DNA of 41,053 nucleotides from a virus (Duplodnaviria; Heunggongvirae; Uroviricota; Caudoviricetes): IMG/VR virus record IMGVR_UViG_2617270962_000012, positions 1 to 41,053 of that record; one strand, 5' to 3'. Shown piece by piece: positions 7,972 to 16,469 of this stretch (position 1 is its first letter; each line of letters starts with the position of its first letter). The notes under the pieces were generated by a model. It saw only the letters and a program-made list of their open reading frames with translations, ran no database searches and was not told where the DNA came from. The position numbers and the translations under genes were made by a program.

Positions 7972-8297
7972 TGACGACGTTAACTCAATGCCAGCAGCAG
8001 GTGCTGGATATGCTGATTTCTTATCAGAAAGAGCGTGGCTTTCCGCCAACCAATCAGGAGGTGGCAACCATGCTGGGATACCGTTCAGTGAATGCAGCGG
8101 TAGAGCATCTTCGCGCACTGGAGAAAAAAGGCGTCATCACGATAAAGCGTGGCGTGGCCCGGGGGATAACGCTTCATACCGCGGTGAAGGACGACGACAG
8201 CGAGGCGGTCGGGATTATCCGCGCACTGCTTGCCGGTGAGGAAAACGCAAGGCTGCGTGCAACCCACTGGTTACATGAGAGGGGCCTGAAAGTATGA
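7971..8297 (+). CDS. LexA N-terminal DNA-binding-domain-only protein
   Basis: 'MTTLTQCQQQVLDMLISYQKERGFPPTNQEVATMLGYRSVNAAVEHLRALEKKGVITI' matches the LexA winged-HTH pattern; no S24 peptidase domain; start overlaps the previous stop (taATG). Confidence 0.55.
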   Translation: MTTLTQCQQQVLDMLISYQKERGFPPTNQEVATMLGYRSVNAAVEHLRALEKKGVITIKRGVARGITLHTAVKDDDSEAVGIIRALLAGEENARLRATHWLHERGLKV

Positions 8298-8683
8298 AGC
8301 TGATCCTGCCTTTTCCGCCCAGCGTGAACACGTACTGGCGACACCCCAACAAAGGGGCGTTTGCTGGTAAGAGCCTGATAAGCGCGGCGGGGCGAAAATT
8401 CCAGAGAGCAGCGTGCGCAGCAATAGTTGAGCAGTTACGTCGTCTGCCGAAACCAACGTCGGCACCTGCTTCAGTGGAGATCGTGTTGTTTCCTCCGGAT
8501 AACCGGATCCGCGATCTGGACAACTATAACAAGGCGCTGTTTGACGCCCTGACCCACGCGGGTGTGTGGGAAGACGACAGCCAAGTGAAAAGAATGTTGG
8601 TGGAGTGGGGACCGGTTATCCCGGAAGGGAAGGTCGAGATCACTATCAGTAAGTACGAGAAACCGGCGGGGGCAGCCGCCTGA
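8294..8683 (+). CDS. rusA: RusA-family Holliday junction resolvase
   Basis: 'PPSVNTYW' ... 'RIRDLDNYNKALFDALTHAGVWEDDSQV' closely matches RusA catalytic motifs. Confidence 0.8.
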   Translation: MKLILPFPPSVNTYWRHPNKGAFAGKSLISAAGRKFQRAACAAIVEQLRRLPKPTSAPASVEIVLFPPDNRIRDLDNYNKALFDALTHAGVWEDDSQVKRMLVEWGPVIPEGKVEITISKYEKPAGAAA

Positions 8684-8702
8684 TTAAGAGGAGAAACGAA
8701 GT

Positions 8703-9500
8703 ATGAATAATCTGATGGTAATTGATGGTATTGAAGTTCGTCGTGATGCTTATGGGCGTTACAGCCTGAACGATCTGCACAGGGCTGCCGGTTCTCTGGA
8801 TAAGCATAAGCCTGCATTCTGGCTCCGCAATGAGCAAACTGAACGTTTAATAAGCGAGTTGCAGATTTGCAACTCGGTCAATATAGAGCCAGTTAACGTT
8901 ATTCGTGGCGGAAATAACCAGGGGACGTATGTCTGCAAAGAACTGGTGTATGCCTATGCAATGTGGATCAGCCCGTCATTCCATCTGAAGGTGATCCGTA
9001 CTTTCGACATGGTAACCAGCGCACCGGAAAAATTATCCGGGCAGGCTGCTGACAAGATGCAGGCTGGCGTGATTCTGCTGGACTTTATGCGCCGGGAATT
9101 AAATCTGTCTAACTCTTCAGTGCTTGGTGCCTGTCAGAAACTCCAGGAGGCTGTTGGCTTACCGAATCTGGCACCGCGCTATGCCATTGATGCTCCTGCT
9201 GACGCGCCTGATGGCTCAAGCCGCCCCACGCTGTCACTGAGTGCACTGCTGAAGCAGTATGGTATCCGCCTGACAGCTAATCAGGCATATCACCAGATGG
9301 CGAAGCTGGGGATCGTTGAACAACGTGAACGATACAGCCGTACCGCGATTAATAACATCAAAAAATTCTGGTCGCTGACGGCGAAAGGCTGCATGTTCGG
9401 CAAGAACATCACCAGTCCGGCAAATCCGCGCGAGACGCAGCCACACTTCTTCGAATCCCGATTCCCTGAGCTGTTAAAGCTGCTCGATACCGTTCATTGA
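8703..9500 (+). CDS. KilA-N domain antirepressor-like protein
   Basis: N-terminal 'VIDGIEVRRDAYGRYSLNDLHRAAG...KPAFWLRNEQT' KilA-N pattern. Confidence 0.6.
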   Translation: MNNLMVIDGIEVRRDAYGRYSLNDLHRAAGSLDKHKPAFWLRNEQTERLISELQICNSVNIEPVNVIRGGNNQGTYVCKELVYAYAMWISPSFHLKVIRTFDMVTSAPEKLSGQAADKMQAGVILLDFMRRELNLSNSSVLGACQKLQEAVGLPNLAPRYAIDAPADAPDGSSRPTLSLSALLKQYGIRLTANQAYHQMAKLGIVEQRERYSRTAINNIKKFWSLTAKGCMFGKNITSPANPRETQPHFFESRFPELLKLLDTVH

Positions 9501-9507
9501 GGTAACC

Positions 9508-10497
9508 GTGAGAGCACTACTGACCCCTGAAATTGCCCCGCGTATGGGGATCGTATTGTTCAGACCCGGTTCAGAGCTGATGCCCCTGTTTATGCAGGGG
9601 CGTGTCCTGCTGGAGCCTGAGCCAGAACGTTATTCATCTTTTGCCAGTGGAGCCGTTCCGGCGGCATCACAACCGCTGGCGGATGATCCTGCCGTTCTGG
9701 CCGTGTTTCGCAATGAGGCAGTGATCCGTCGTGCTGGTGGCGTGGAATGTCTTGAAAGCTGGTTACTTCGTGAAAAAGGCTGCCAGTGGCCTCATTCCGA
9801 CTGGCACAGCGAGAACATGACAACAATGCGACACGCTCCGGGCGCAATCCGTCTGTGCTGGCACTGCGATAACCAGTTGCGCGATCAGTTCACGGAACGG
9901 CTGGAATCAATGGCAACGGATAACTGTGCCCGCTGGGTGTTATCTGTTGTGCGCCGTGATCTCGGTTTTGATGATAGTCACGTTGTGACAATGCCGGAAC
10001 TGTGCTGGTGGCTGGTTCGTAATGACCTGGCTGATGCCTTACCGGAAAGTGCAGCCCGTAAGGCACTGAGATTACCGAAGCCTGTTGTGCCGTCTGTCAC
10101 CCGGGAAAGTGACCTTGTGCCTTCGGTTCCTGCCACCAGCATCATCCAGGATAAGGCGAAAAAGGTGCTGGCGCTGAAAGTGGATCCGGAGTCGCCGGAG
10201 TCTTTTATGTTACGCCCAAAACGTCGCCGCTGGGTTAATGAAAAGTACACGCGCTGGGTTAAGACACAGCCGTGTGCATGTTGTGGAAAGCCCGCTGATG
10301 ATCCTCACCACCTGACAGGTCACGGTCAGGGTGGAATGGGAACAAAAGCGCATGACCTTTTTGTGTTGCCTTTGTGCAGAAAGCATCACTACGAGCTGCA
10401 TGCGGATACCGTGGCATTTGAAGAGAAGTATGGCTCCCAGCTGGAGCTGATATTTCGTTTTATCGATCGTGCGCTGGCAATTGGCGTGCTGGCGTAA
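9508..10497 (+). CDS. DUF968-like protein with C-terminal Cys/His (HNH-like) cluster
   Basis: GTG start; C-terminal 'CACCGKPADDPHHL...CRKHHYELH'; nin-region position. Confidence 0.45.
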   Translation: MRALLTPEIAPRMGIVLFRPGSELMPLFMQGRVLLEPEPERYSSFASGAVPAASQPLADDPAVLAVFRNEAVIRRAGGVECLESWLLREKGCQWPHSDWHSENMTTMRHAPGAIRLCWHCDNQLRDQFTERLESMATDNCARWVLSVVRRDLGFDDSHVVTMPELCWWLVRNDLADALPESAARKALRLPKPVVPSVTRESDLVPSVPATSIIQDKAKKVLALKVDPESPESFMLRPKRRRWVNEKYTRWVKTQPCACCGKPADDPHHLTGHGQGGMGTKAHDLFVLPLCRKHHYELHADTVAFEEKYGSQLELIFRFIDRALAIGVLA

Positions 10498-10510
10498 GTG
10501 GAGAACGAGC

Positions 10511-11263
10511 ATGAACCTTGAAGCCTTACCAAAATATTACTCCCCAAAATCTCCAAAATTGAGCGATGACGCACCGGCGACAGGCTCTGGTGGTTTAACG
10601 ATTACGGATGTGATGGCTGCACAGGGGATGGTGCAGTCGAAAGCACCGCTTGGGTTTGCCTTATTCCTGGCAAAAGTTGGTGTTCAGGATCCTCAGTTTG
10701 CGATTGAAGGTCTGCTCAATTACGCGATGGCACTGGATAACCCGACATTGAACAAATTGAGTGAAGAAAACCGGTTACAGATCATCCCTTACCTTGTGAA
10801 TTTTGCCTTTGCTGATTATTCCAGGTCTGCGGCAAGTAAGGCTCGCTGTGAGCATTGTGCTGGTACTGGATTTCATAATGTATTGCGCGAGGTGGTGAAA
10901 CACTCCAGAAGCGGGGAATCTGTTATCAAGGAAGAGTGGGTGAAGGAACTATGTCAGCATTGTCATGGTAAGGGAGAAGTCAGCACAGCGTGCAGAGGAT
11001 GTAAGGGTAAAGGTATTGTCCTGGATGAAAAAAGAACCCGGCTTCATGGCACGCCTGTTTATAAGATTTGTGGGCGTTGCAATGGAAACCGGTTTAGCCG
11101 TTTACCAACCACACTGGCGCGGCATCATGTCCAGAAGCTAGTACCAGACCTGACAGATTATCAGTGGTACAAAGGATATGCAGATGTCATTGATAAACTG
11201 GTTACAAAGTGCTGGCAGGAAGAAGCATATGCTGAGGCGCAATTAAGAAAAGTGACGAGATAA
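10511..11263 (+). CDS. Q-family late antiterminator (QuuQ-like, Cys-rich)
   Basis: 250 aa from internal ATG; four CxxCxGxG-type motifs; located immediately upstream of a promoter-terminator unit and the lysis genes. Confidence 0.55.
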   Translation: MNLEALPKYYSPKSPKLSDDAPATGSGGLTITDVMAAQGMVQSKAPLGFALFLAKVGVQDPQFAIEGLLNYAMALDNPTLNKLSEENRLQIIPYLVNFAFADYSRSAASKARCEHCAGTGFHNVLREVVKHSRSGESVIKEEWVKELCQHCHGKGEVSTACRGCKGKGIVLDEKRTRLHGTPVYKICGRCNGNRFSRLPTTLARHHVQKLVPDLTDYQWYKGYADVIDKLVTKCWQEEAYAEAQLRKVTR

Positions 11264-11294
11264 ATGATTTTCGCCGAAGATGGCGACATAATGC

Positions 11295-11323
11295 TTGCAT
11301 TTTTCAAAAAATATGGATAAGAT
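11295..11323 (+). promoter_or_regulatory. candidate late promoter PR'
   Basis: -35 'ttgcat', 17-nt spacer, -10 'taagat'; followed 50 bp later by a strong terminator. Confidence 0.4.
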
Positions 11324-11370
11324 TTTTCCAACGATGGGCTTTGTATGTCTACCGTTGATAAGATTTAAGA

Positions 11371-11396
11371 ACCCGCCGCTGAGCGGGTTTTTTTGT
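11371..11396 (+). terminator. tR'-like rho-independent terminator
   Basis: 'cccgccgctgagcggg' hairpin followed by T7. Confidence 0.6.
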
Positions 11397-11489
11397 GCCT
11401 TGATGTTGGCAGTACGGTAAACACGCTGGTGATCGTGAATACTGACTTTTTATCTTGCTGGCTTTTTAGACAAGAGTTATTGGTATGTC

Positions 11490-11708
11490 ATGTTAACCAG
11501 AAGGAAAAAAGACATGCTAAAACAGCAAGATATGACAGAAACGGCGAAAGTTGTTTTTAATGAATTAAGCATCGAACCGACAACGGCCGGGGAGATTGCA
11601 CAAAACACATATCTTTCACGCGAACGCTGTCAGTTAATACTGACCCAGTTGGTTATGGCGGGGCTGGCAGATTACCAGTTCGTCTGTTACAGACGCCTTC
11701 AGCAATGA
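11490..11708 (+). CDS. small winged-helix-like protein
   Basis: 72-aa ORF; 'TTAGEIAQNTYLSRERCQLILTQLVMAGL' resembles a winged-HTH recognition region. Confidence 0.35.
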   Translation: MLTRRKKDMLKQQDMTETAKVVFNELSIEPTTAGEIAQNTYLSRERCQLILTQLVMAGLADYQFVCYRRLQQ

Positions 11709-11857
11709 AGGACTTTTAATTTGTGAAAATGGGCGGCTGGTGGGTGTTGGTAGCACCTGCCAGCCATTCGCTCATGCTTACTGGTCACAAGCGAACCACG
11801 GCCCACTGCTTTAGCGCAAAAGCAGAGTGAGCCTAACAGAGTTACGCTTACTGATCC

Positions 11858-12910
11858 ATGAAAAATACTGTAAAAATAAACAGTGTTGATTTAATCAACG
11901 CTGATTGCCTGCATTTTATTCAGTCCCTGCCTGATGATTCCATTGACCTGATTGTTACCGATCCGCCGTACTTCAAGGTGAAACCCAACGGTTGGGACAA
12001 TCAGTGGAAAGGGGACGAAGATTACCTGAAGTGGCTGGACCACTGTCTGGCCCAGTTCTGGCGGGTGCTGAAACCTGCCGGAAGCCTTTACCTGTTCTGT
12101 GGACATCGCCTCGCATCTGATATCGAGATCATGATGCGTGAACGTTTCAACGTTCTTAACCATATTATCTGGGCGAAGCCGTCCGGACGATGGAACGGGT
12201 GTAATAAAGAAAGTCTGCGCGCATATTTTCCCGCAACAGAACGCGTTCTGTTTGCTGAACATTACCAGGGACCATATCGCGGCAAAAGTGACGACTATGC
12301 GGCAAAAGAAAGTCAACTCAAACAGCACATAATGGCACCGCTGATTTCGTATTTCAGGGATGCTCGTGCCGAACTGGGTATAACGGCAAAACAGATTGCC
12401 GAAGCCACTGGTAAGAAAAATATGGTTTCCCACTGGTTTGGTGCCAGTCAGTGGCAGTTGCCGAATGAGGCTGACTACCGGAAGTTGCAGGCACTGTTTT
12501 CCCGTATAGCGGCAGAGAAGTTTCAGGAACAACAACTGGAACAACCACACCACCAGCTGGTGGCATCTTATGATTCACTGAATCGCAAATATTCTGAATT
12601 GCTGGATGAGTTTAAAACTCTCCGGCGCTATTTCTCCGTATCAGTTTCCGTGCCTTATACCGACGTCTGGACGCATAAACCCGTTCAGTTCTACCCGGGT
12701 AAACATCCGTGTGAGAAGCCTGCGGATATGCTCCGGCAAATAATCAGTGCCAGTAGTCGACCAGGCGATCTGGTTGCTGATTTCTTTATGGGATCCGGTT
12801 CCACAATAAAAGCGGCAATGGCGCTGGGGCGTCGGGCGTTAGGTGTTGAACTTGAGTCAGAGCGGTTTAATCAGACGGTGAAAGAGGTAAGTGAACTGGT
12901 GGGGAAATAA
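11858..12910 (+). CDS. orphan DNA methyltransferase (beta-class, N6A/N4C type)
   Basis: N-terminal 'DPPY' (motif IV) and C-terminal 'FFMGSGST' (motif I SAM-binding); no adjacent restriction endonuclease. Confidence 0.75.
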   Translation: MKNTVKINSVDLINADCLHFIQSLPDDSIDLIVTDPPYFKVKPNGWDNQWKGDEDYLKWLDHCLAQFWRVLKPAGSLYLFCGHRLASDIEIMMRERFNVLNHIIWAKPSGRWNGCNKESLRAYFPATERVLFAEHYQGPYRGKSDDYAAKESQLKQHIMAPLISYFRDARAELGITAKQIAEATGKKNMVSHWFGASQWQLPNEADYRKLQALFSRIAAEKFQEQQLEQPHHQLVASYDSLNRKYSELLDEFKTLRRYFSVSVSVPYTDVWTHKPVQFYPGKHPCEKPADMLRQIISASSRPGDLVADFFMGSGSTIKAAMALGRRALGVELESERFNQTVKEVSELVGK

Positions 12911-12917
12911 TTCTGGT

Positions 12918-12945
12918 GGCCACGTTGCGTGGCCTTTTTATTTCC
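12918..12945 (+). terminator. rho-independent terminator after the methyltransferase
   Basis: 'ggccacg ttg cgtggcc' followed by 'tttttattt'. Confidence 0.55.
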
Positions 12946-12987
12946 AACACAGCACCCGCAAATAATCGCGAGGTGAGAGATGACGAA

Positions 12988-13323
12988 ATGCCTCATAACC
13001 CAAATACCTGGCCAGACTGGCTGGAGTTGTTTCAGAGCTGGTGGCGTGGAGATACGCCACTGGGCGCAGTGATTATGTCGATCGTTATGGCTGGCTTGCG
13101 CATTGCCTATTTTGGCAGTGGTGGTGGCTGGAAGCGAAAAACGCTCGAGATCTTGCTCTGTGGTGCTCTGACGCTGACCTTTGCATCCGCTCTTGAGTAT
13201 GTCGGATGGCCTAAATCGCTTTCTGTTGCCATTGGTGGCGGCGTTGGGCTGATCGGTGTCGATGCTATTCGTGGGGCTGCAATGCGAGTAATCGGTAACA
13301 AATTTGGTAGTTCTAAGGAGTAA
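12988..13323 (+). CDS. holin (lambda S-like, three predicted TM segments)
   Basis: 111 aa from ATG preceded by SD 'gaggtga'; hydrophobic segments and basic C-terminus; directly upstream of the endolysin. Confidence 0.6.
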   Translation: MPHNPNTWPDWLELFQSWWRGDTPLGAVIMSIVMAGLRIAYFGSGGGWKRKTLEILLCGALTLTFASALEYVGWPKSLSVAIGGGVGLIGVDAIRGAAMRVIGNKFGSSKE

Positions 13324-13326
13324 TTT

Positions 13327-13803
13327 ATGCAGGCACTAAATCCCCAGCGTAAAGCTTTCCTTGATATGGTGGCATGGTCAGAAGGAACGGATAACGGGCG
13401 ACAACCGACACGTAACCACGGTTATGATGTTATTGTTGGTGGCGAACTGTTCACTGATTACTCCGATCACCCTCGCAAACTTGTCAAGCTAAACTCCAAA
13501 CTCAAATCAACAGCCGCCGGACGTTACCAGCTTCTTTCCCGTTGGTGGGATGCTTACCGTAAACAGCTTGGTTTGAAAGACTTCTCCCCCAAAAGCCAGG
13601 ACGCAGTGGCATTGCAGCAGATTAAAGAGCGTGGCGCTTTACCTATGATTGATAGCGGCGATATTCGTCAGGCAATCGACCGTTGCAGCAATATATGGGC
13701 TTCATTACCCGGTGCAGGTTACGGTCAGTATGAACATAAAATCGGTGACCTGATTGCCCGATTTAAAGAGGCTGGTGGGGTGGTAAATGAAGTTGAGTTA
13801 TAA
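13327..13803 (+). CDS. R: endolysin, lambda R-like lytic transglycosylase
   Basis: 158 aa; 'QRKAFLDMVAWSEGTDNGRQPTRNHGYDVIVGGELFTDYSDHPRKLV...' near-identical to lambda R as I recall it. Confidence 0.9.
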   Translation: MQALNPQRKAFLDMVAWSEGTDNGRQPTRNHGYDVIVGGELFTDYSDHPRKLVKLNSKLKSTAAGRYQLLSRWWDAYRKQLGLKDFSPKSQDAVALQQIKERGALPMIDSGDIRQAIDRCSNIWASLPGAGYGQYEHKIGDLIARFKEAGGVVNEVEL

Positions 13804-14179
13804 ACTGACTATCTCTGCTTTCTTCTTTACTGTTATTGGCTCTTTCATCTGGTCAGCGAATCACTACTACAGCAAATATCAGCACGAAAAGAAACGTGCT
13901 GATGAGGCTGTACAAAATGCCAAATCGGCAACTGCCATTACCAATAACGTCCTGCAATCACTGCAAATCGTCAATACAGTACTGGAGGCTAACCAGCATG
14001 CAAAACAGCAGATCGCACTGGAGTCACAGAGAACCCAGGAAGATATCAAAATGGCTGTTGCGGATGATGATTGTGCTTCACGTGCTGTGCCTGCTGCCGC
14101 TGCTGACCGGTTGCGGAAGTACGCGGACAGTTTACGTGAGCGTTCCGGTGGCACCACTGCCACCCAGCCTGACTTCTGA
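13787..14179 (+). CDS. Rz-like inner-membrane spanin
   Basis: N-terminal TM segment plus coiled-coil-like periplasmic region; follows the endolysin. Confidence 0.6.
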   Translation: MKLSYKLTISAFFFTVIGSFIWSANHYYSKYQHEKKRADEAVQNAKSATAITNNVLQSLQIVNTVLEANQHAKQQIALESQRTQEDIKMAVADDDCASRAVPAAAADRLRKYADSLRERSGGTTATQPDF

Positions 14180-14321
14180 TACTCCTGTACCGTTTATACC
14201 TAATCCGCTGACGTATGGTGCCAGTCTGGAGCTGAATGTGAGTCTGTTGTCTGCGCTGGCTAACTGCAATCGGGATAAAGCTGATATTCGTAAAATAGAT
14301 GCAGAGAGAACTAACCATTAA
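14064..14321 (+). CDS. Rz1-like outer-membrane lipoprotein spanin (overlapping Rz in +1 frame)
   Basis: 'MMIVLHVLCLLPLLTGC' signal with lipobox LTGC, Pro-rich mature region; starts inside Rz and extends beyond its stop. Confidence 0.6.
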   Translation: MMIVLHVLCLLPLLTGCGSTRTVYVSVPVAPLPPSLTSDTPVPFIPNPLTYGASLELNVSLLSALANCNRDKADIRKIDAERTNH

Positions 14322-14342
14322 GCAATAAAATTGTCAAATTAA

Positions 14343-14969
14343 TCAGTTGTCAAATGAATATACGTTAAAGGTATATGTCGACATAATTTCACCAAGTACC
14401 TCAATACATACACTTTTTTTATGAAAATTACTGGGAAATGAACTTAGCTCCTCAAGACATTGCACATAAGTGCTGATATCACTTGCATCACGTTCAAGGA
14501 ATTTCACTTGACCAAAAGAAGGAGTTTTAATCTTGGTTCTTTGCTGGATTATATGGATAAAGTGTGTAGTTGGTGAAACTATTACTCTTGAAATATCGGA
14601 AATGATGTCTTCTTGAACTTGCCGATAAAGTAAATCCTTTGGGTAATGGTGTTTTATCTCGATGGTTGCAACATTGCCATTATGTTCAGACGTTAATATC
14701 GACTGGTTATAAAGTGATATGTCAACAGCGCCGATACCGAGTTTTGGATGCTCACTTAAAGCAGTTAGTGTGCTGATTTGATTGAGTATAACAACTAACT
14801 CATCACGTATTTGTGTTTCATGTTTGCGATTGTAGAAGTAGCCATTCAGTTCATTTAACTTTTTATGCATCCTATCGTGACTAATTGCTTCGATCAGTAA
14901 ATCCTGAATCATACTTTTCTCTAGGTAATCCGAACGGTTGTAAGTGACAGTATTGTGCTGGCATGTCAT
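14343..14969 (-). CDS. hypothetical protein, possible PD-(D/E)xK nuclease (accessory cassette gene 2)
   Basis: AT-rich; opposite strand to flanking late genes; 'GIGAVDISL' ... 'VATIEIKH' has D-x(~20)-ExK spacing. Confidence 0.4.
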   Translation of the reverse strand: MTCQHNTVTYNRSDYLEKSMIQDLLIEAISHDRMHKKLNELNGYFYNRKHETQIRDELVVILNQISTLTALSEHPKLGIGAVDISLYNQSILTSEHNGNVATIEIKHHYPKDLLYRQVQEDIISDISRVIVSPTTHFIHIIQQRTKIKTPSFGQVKFLERDASDISTYVQCLEELSSFPSNFHKKSVCIEVLGEIMSTYTFNVYSFDN

Positions 14970-15012
14970 TAATATGTAAAGGTATTGTGAATGCCAGAAA
15001 GATAACGAAGTA

Positions 15013-15366
15013 TCATCGATAGAAAAACTTTACAGCCCACTCGTAAACAGCTTTGTAAATCGGTTCATGGTAAATACTATCGATACTATTCAGATGTGCG
15101 ATCATCGCCTCCACAGTTGTAGTGGTTGTTTCTAATATTTCGATTATTGCAGGGCGGTCATCATCTTCATCGAAGTATTCGAACAGCAGTACAGGTTTAC
15201 CATGCAATTCAGCATCTGAGACTCTAAGGTTACAACTACCGCTCAACTCAAAGTGAATTTTGTAATTACCTTCTACAGAATGGCCTACGGGGAAAAAGTA
15301 TAGGGTGTCATCTTTGTTCAAAAGCCATTCCCATTCATAACTATTCATTTGTGAACTCCTGTTCAT
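15013..15366 (-). CDS. hypothetical acidic protein (accessory cassette gene 1)
   Basis: 117-aa ORF 43 bp upstream of 14343-14969 on the same strand; Asp/Glu-rich ('FEYFDEDDDRP'). Confidence 0.4.
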   Translation of the reverse strand: MNRSSQMNSYEWEWLLNKDDTLYFFPVGHSVEGNYKIHFELSGSCNLRVSDAELHGKPVLLFEYFDEDDDRPAIIEILETTTTTVEAMIAHLNSIDSIYHEPIYKAVYEWAVKFFYR

Positions 15367-15498
15367 TGAGTTTCAACAACTATCAACTACATCCAGCGAA
15401 GCATAAAAGATCGTTTATGGCAAAACCGGAATGGAGTGCGATTCGATTCTGAGAAGGGTGCCACGTATCGTACGCGAACCATCCAAGAGGATTATGCA

Positions 15499-15849
15499 AT
15501 GCCCCTACGAACCCCAAAAGCCTGCCGCGTTCGCGGTTGCCGTAATACCACTACAGACCCGTCAGGCTACTGCGAAAGCCACAAAAACGAAGGCTGGAAA
15601 CAATACAAGCCGGGGCAATCTCGTCATCAGCGCGGTTATGGTTCGAAGTGGGATGTTATCCGCGCGCGTGTGCTGAAGCGTGACAAAGGTTTATGTCAAT
15701 TATGTCTGCATGCTGGTGTGGTGGGTGAGGCGAAAACCGTTGACCACATCATTCCCAAAGCGCATGGCGGCACCGATGCCGACAGTAACCTGCAGAGTCT
15801 GTGCTGGCCGTGTCATAAGGCGAAGACGGCCCGTGAACGGCTGAAGTAA
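15499..15849 (+). CDS. HNH endonuclease (packaging-associated)
   Basis: Cys-rich zinc-finger and HNH core ('TVDHIIPKAHGGTDADSNLQSLCWPCHKAK'); immediately upstream of terminase small subunit. Confidence 0.7.
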   Translation: MPLRTPKACRVRGCRNTTTDPSGYCESHKNEGWKQYKPGQSRHQRGYGSKWDVIRARVLKRDKGLCQLCLHAGVVGEAKTVDHIIPKAHGGTDADSNLQSLCWPCHKAKTARERLK

Positions 15850-15974
15850 GAACCAGTTCCCATTGCCAGAGGGGAGGGGCGGGTCAAATCCCTGTGACCT
15901 GACGTCTTCCGGACTGCCCGCCCCATCGTTTTTTTATACCCGCGAAAAATGAAATTTAACCAGGAGTGCCGCAT

Positions 15975-16469
15975 ATGGCTGGAACGGCGGGGCGTTCCGG
16001 GCGTCGCCCCAAGCCAACGGCGCGCAAGGCGCTGGCCGGAAACCCCGGCAAGCGAGCCCTGAACAAAGATGAACCTGTTTTTACGCCCATCAAAGGTGTT
16101 GAGCCACCGGAGTGGTTCGCTGAAGAAGATCTCCCTCTCGCCACGATCATGTGGCAACTGACAACCAAAGAACTCTGCGGTCAGGGCCTGCTGTGCGTGA
16201 CTGACCTGGCGGTACTTGAGCGGTGGTGCGTGGCCTATGAGTTCTGGCGACGTGCCGTGAAAAATATTGCCAGACAGGGCAACACCATCACCGGTGCAAT
16301 GGGCGGCATGGTCAAAAATCCGGAGCTGACCGCCAAAAAAGAACAGGAGTCCGAGATGAGCAGTACGGGGGCAATGCTCGGACTCGACCCCAGCAGCCGC
16401 CAGCGTCTGATTGGCCTGGCGGGGCAGAAGAAAGCCACTAACCCGTTTCTGAAAATTATCGAATCATGA
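15975..16469 (+). CDS. terminase small subunit
   Basis: '[14 protein letters not shown]' N-terminus typical of P27-type TerS; SD 'caggag'; overlaps TerL start. Confidence 0.65.
   Translation: MAGTAGRSGRRPKPTARKALAGNPGKRALNKDEPVFTPIKGVEPPEWFAEEDLPLATIMWQLTTKELCGQGLLCVTDLAVLERWCVAYEFWRRAVKNIARQGNTITGAMGGMVKNPELTAKKEQESEMSSTGAMLGLDPSSRQRLIGLAGQKKATNPFLKIIES

Noticed and set aside
11891-12553. 220-aa reverse-strand ORF
   Set aside because: Lies entirely antisense within the methyltransferase gene, which has clear catalytic motifs; shadow ORF.
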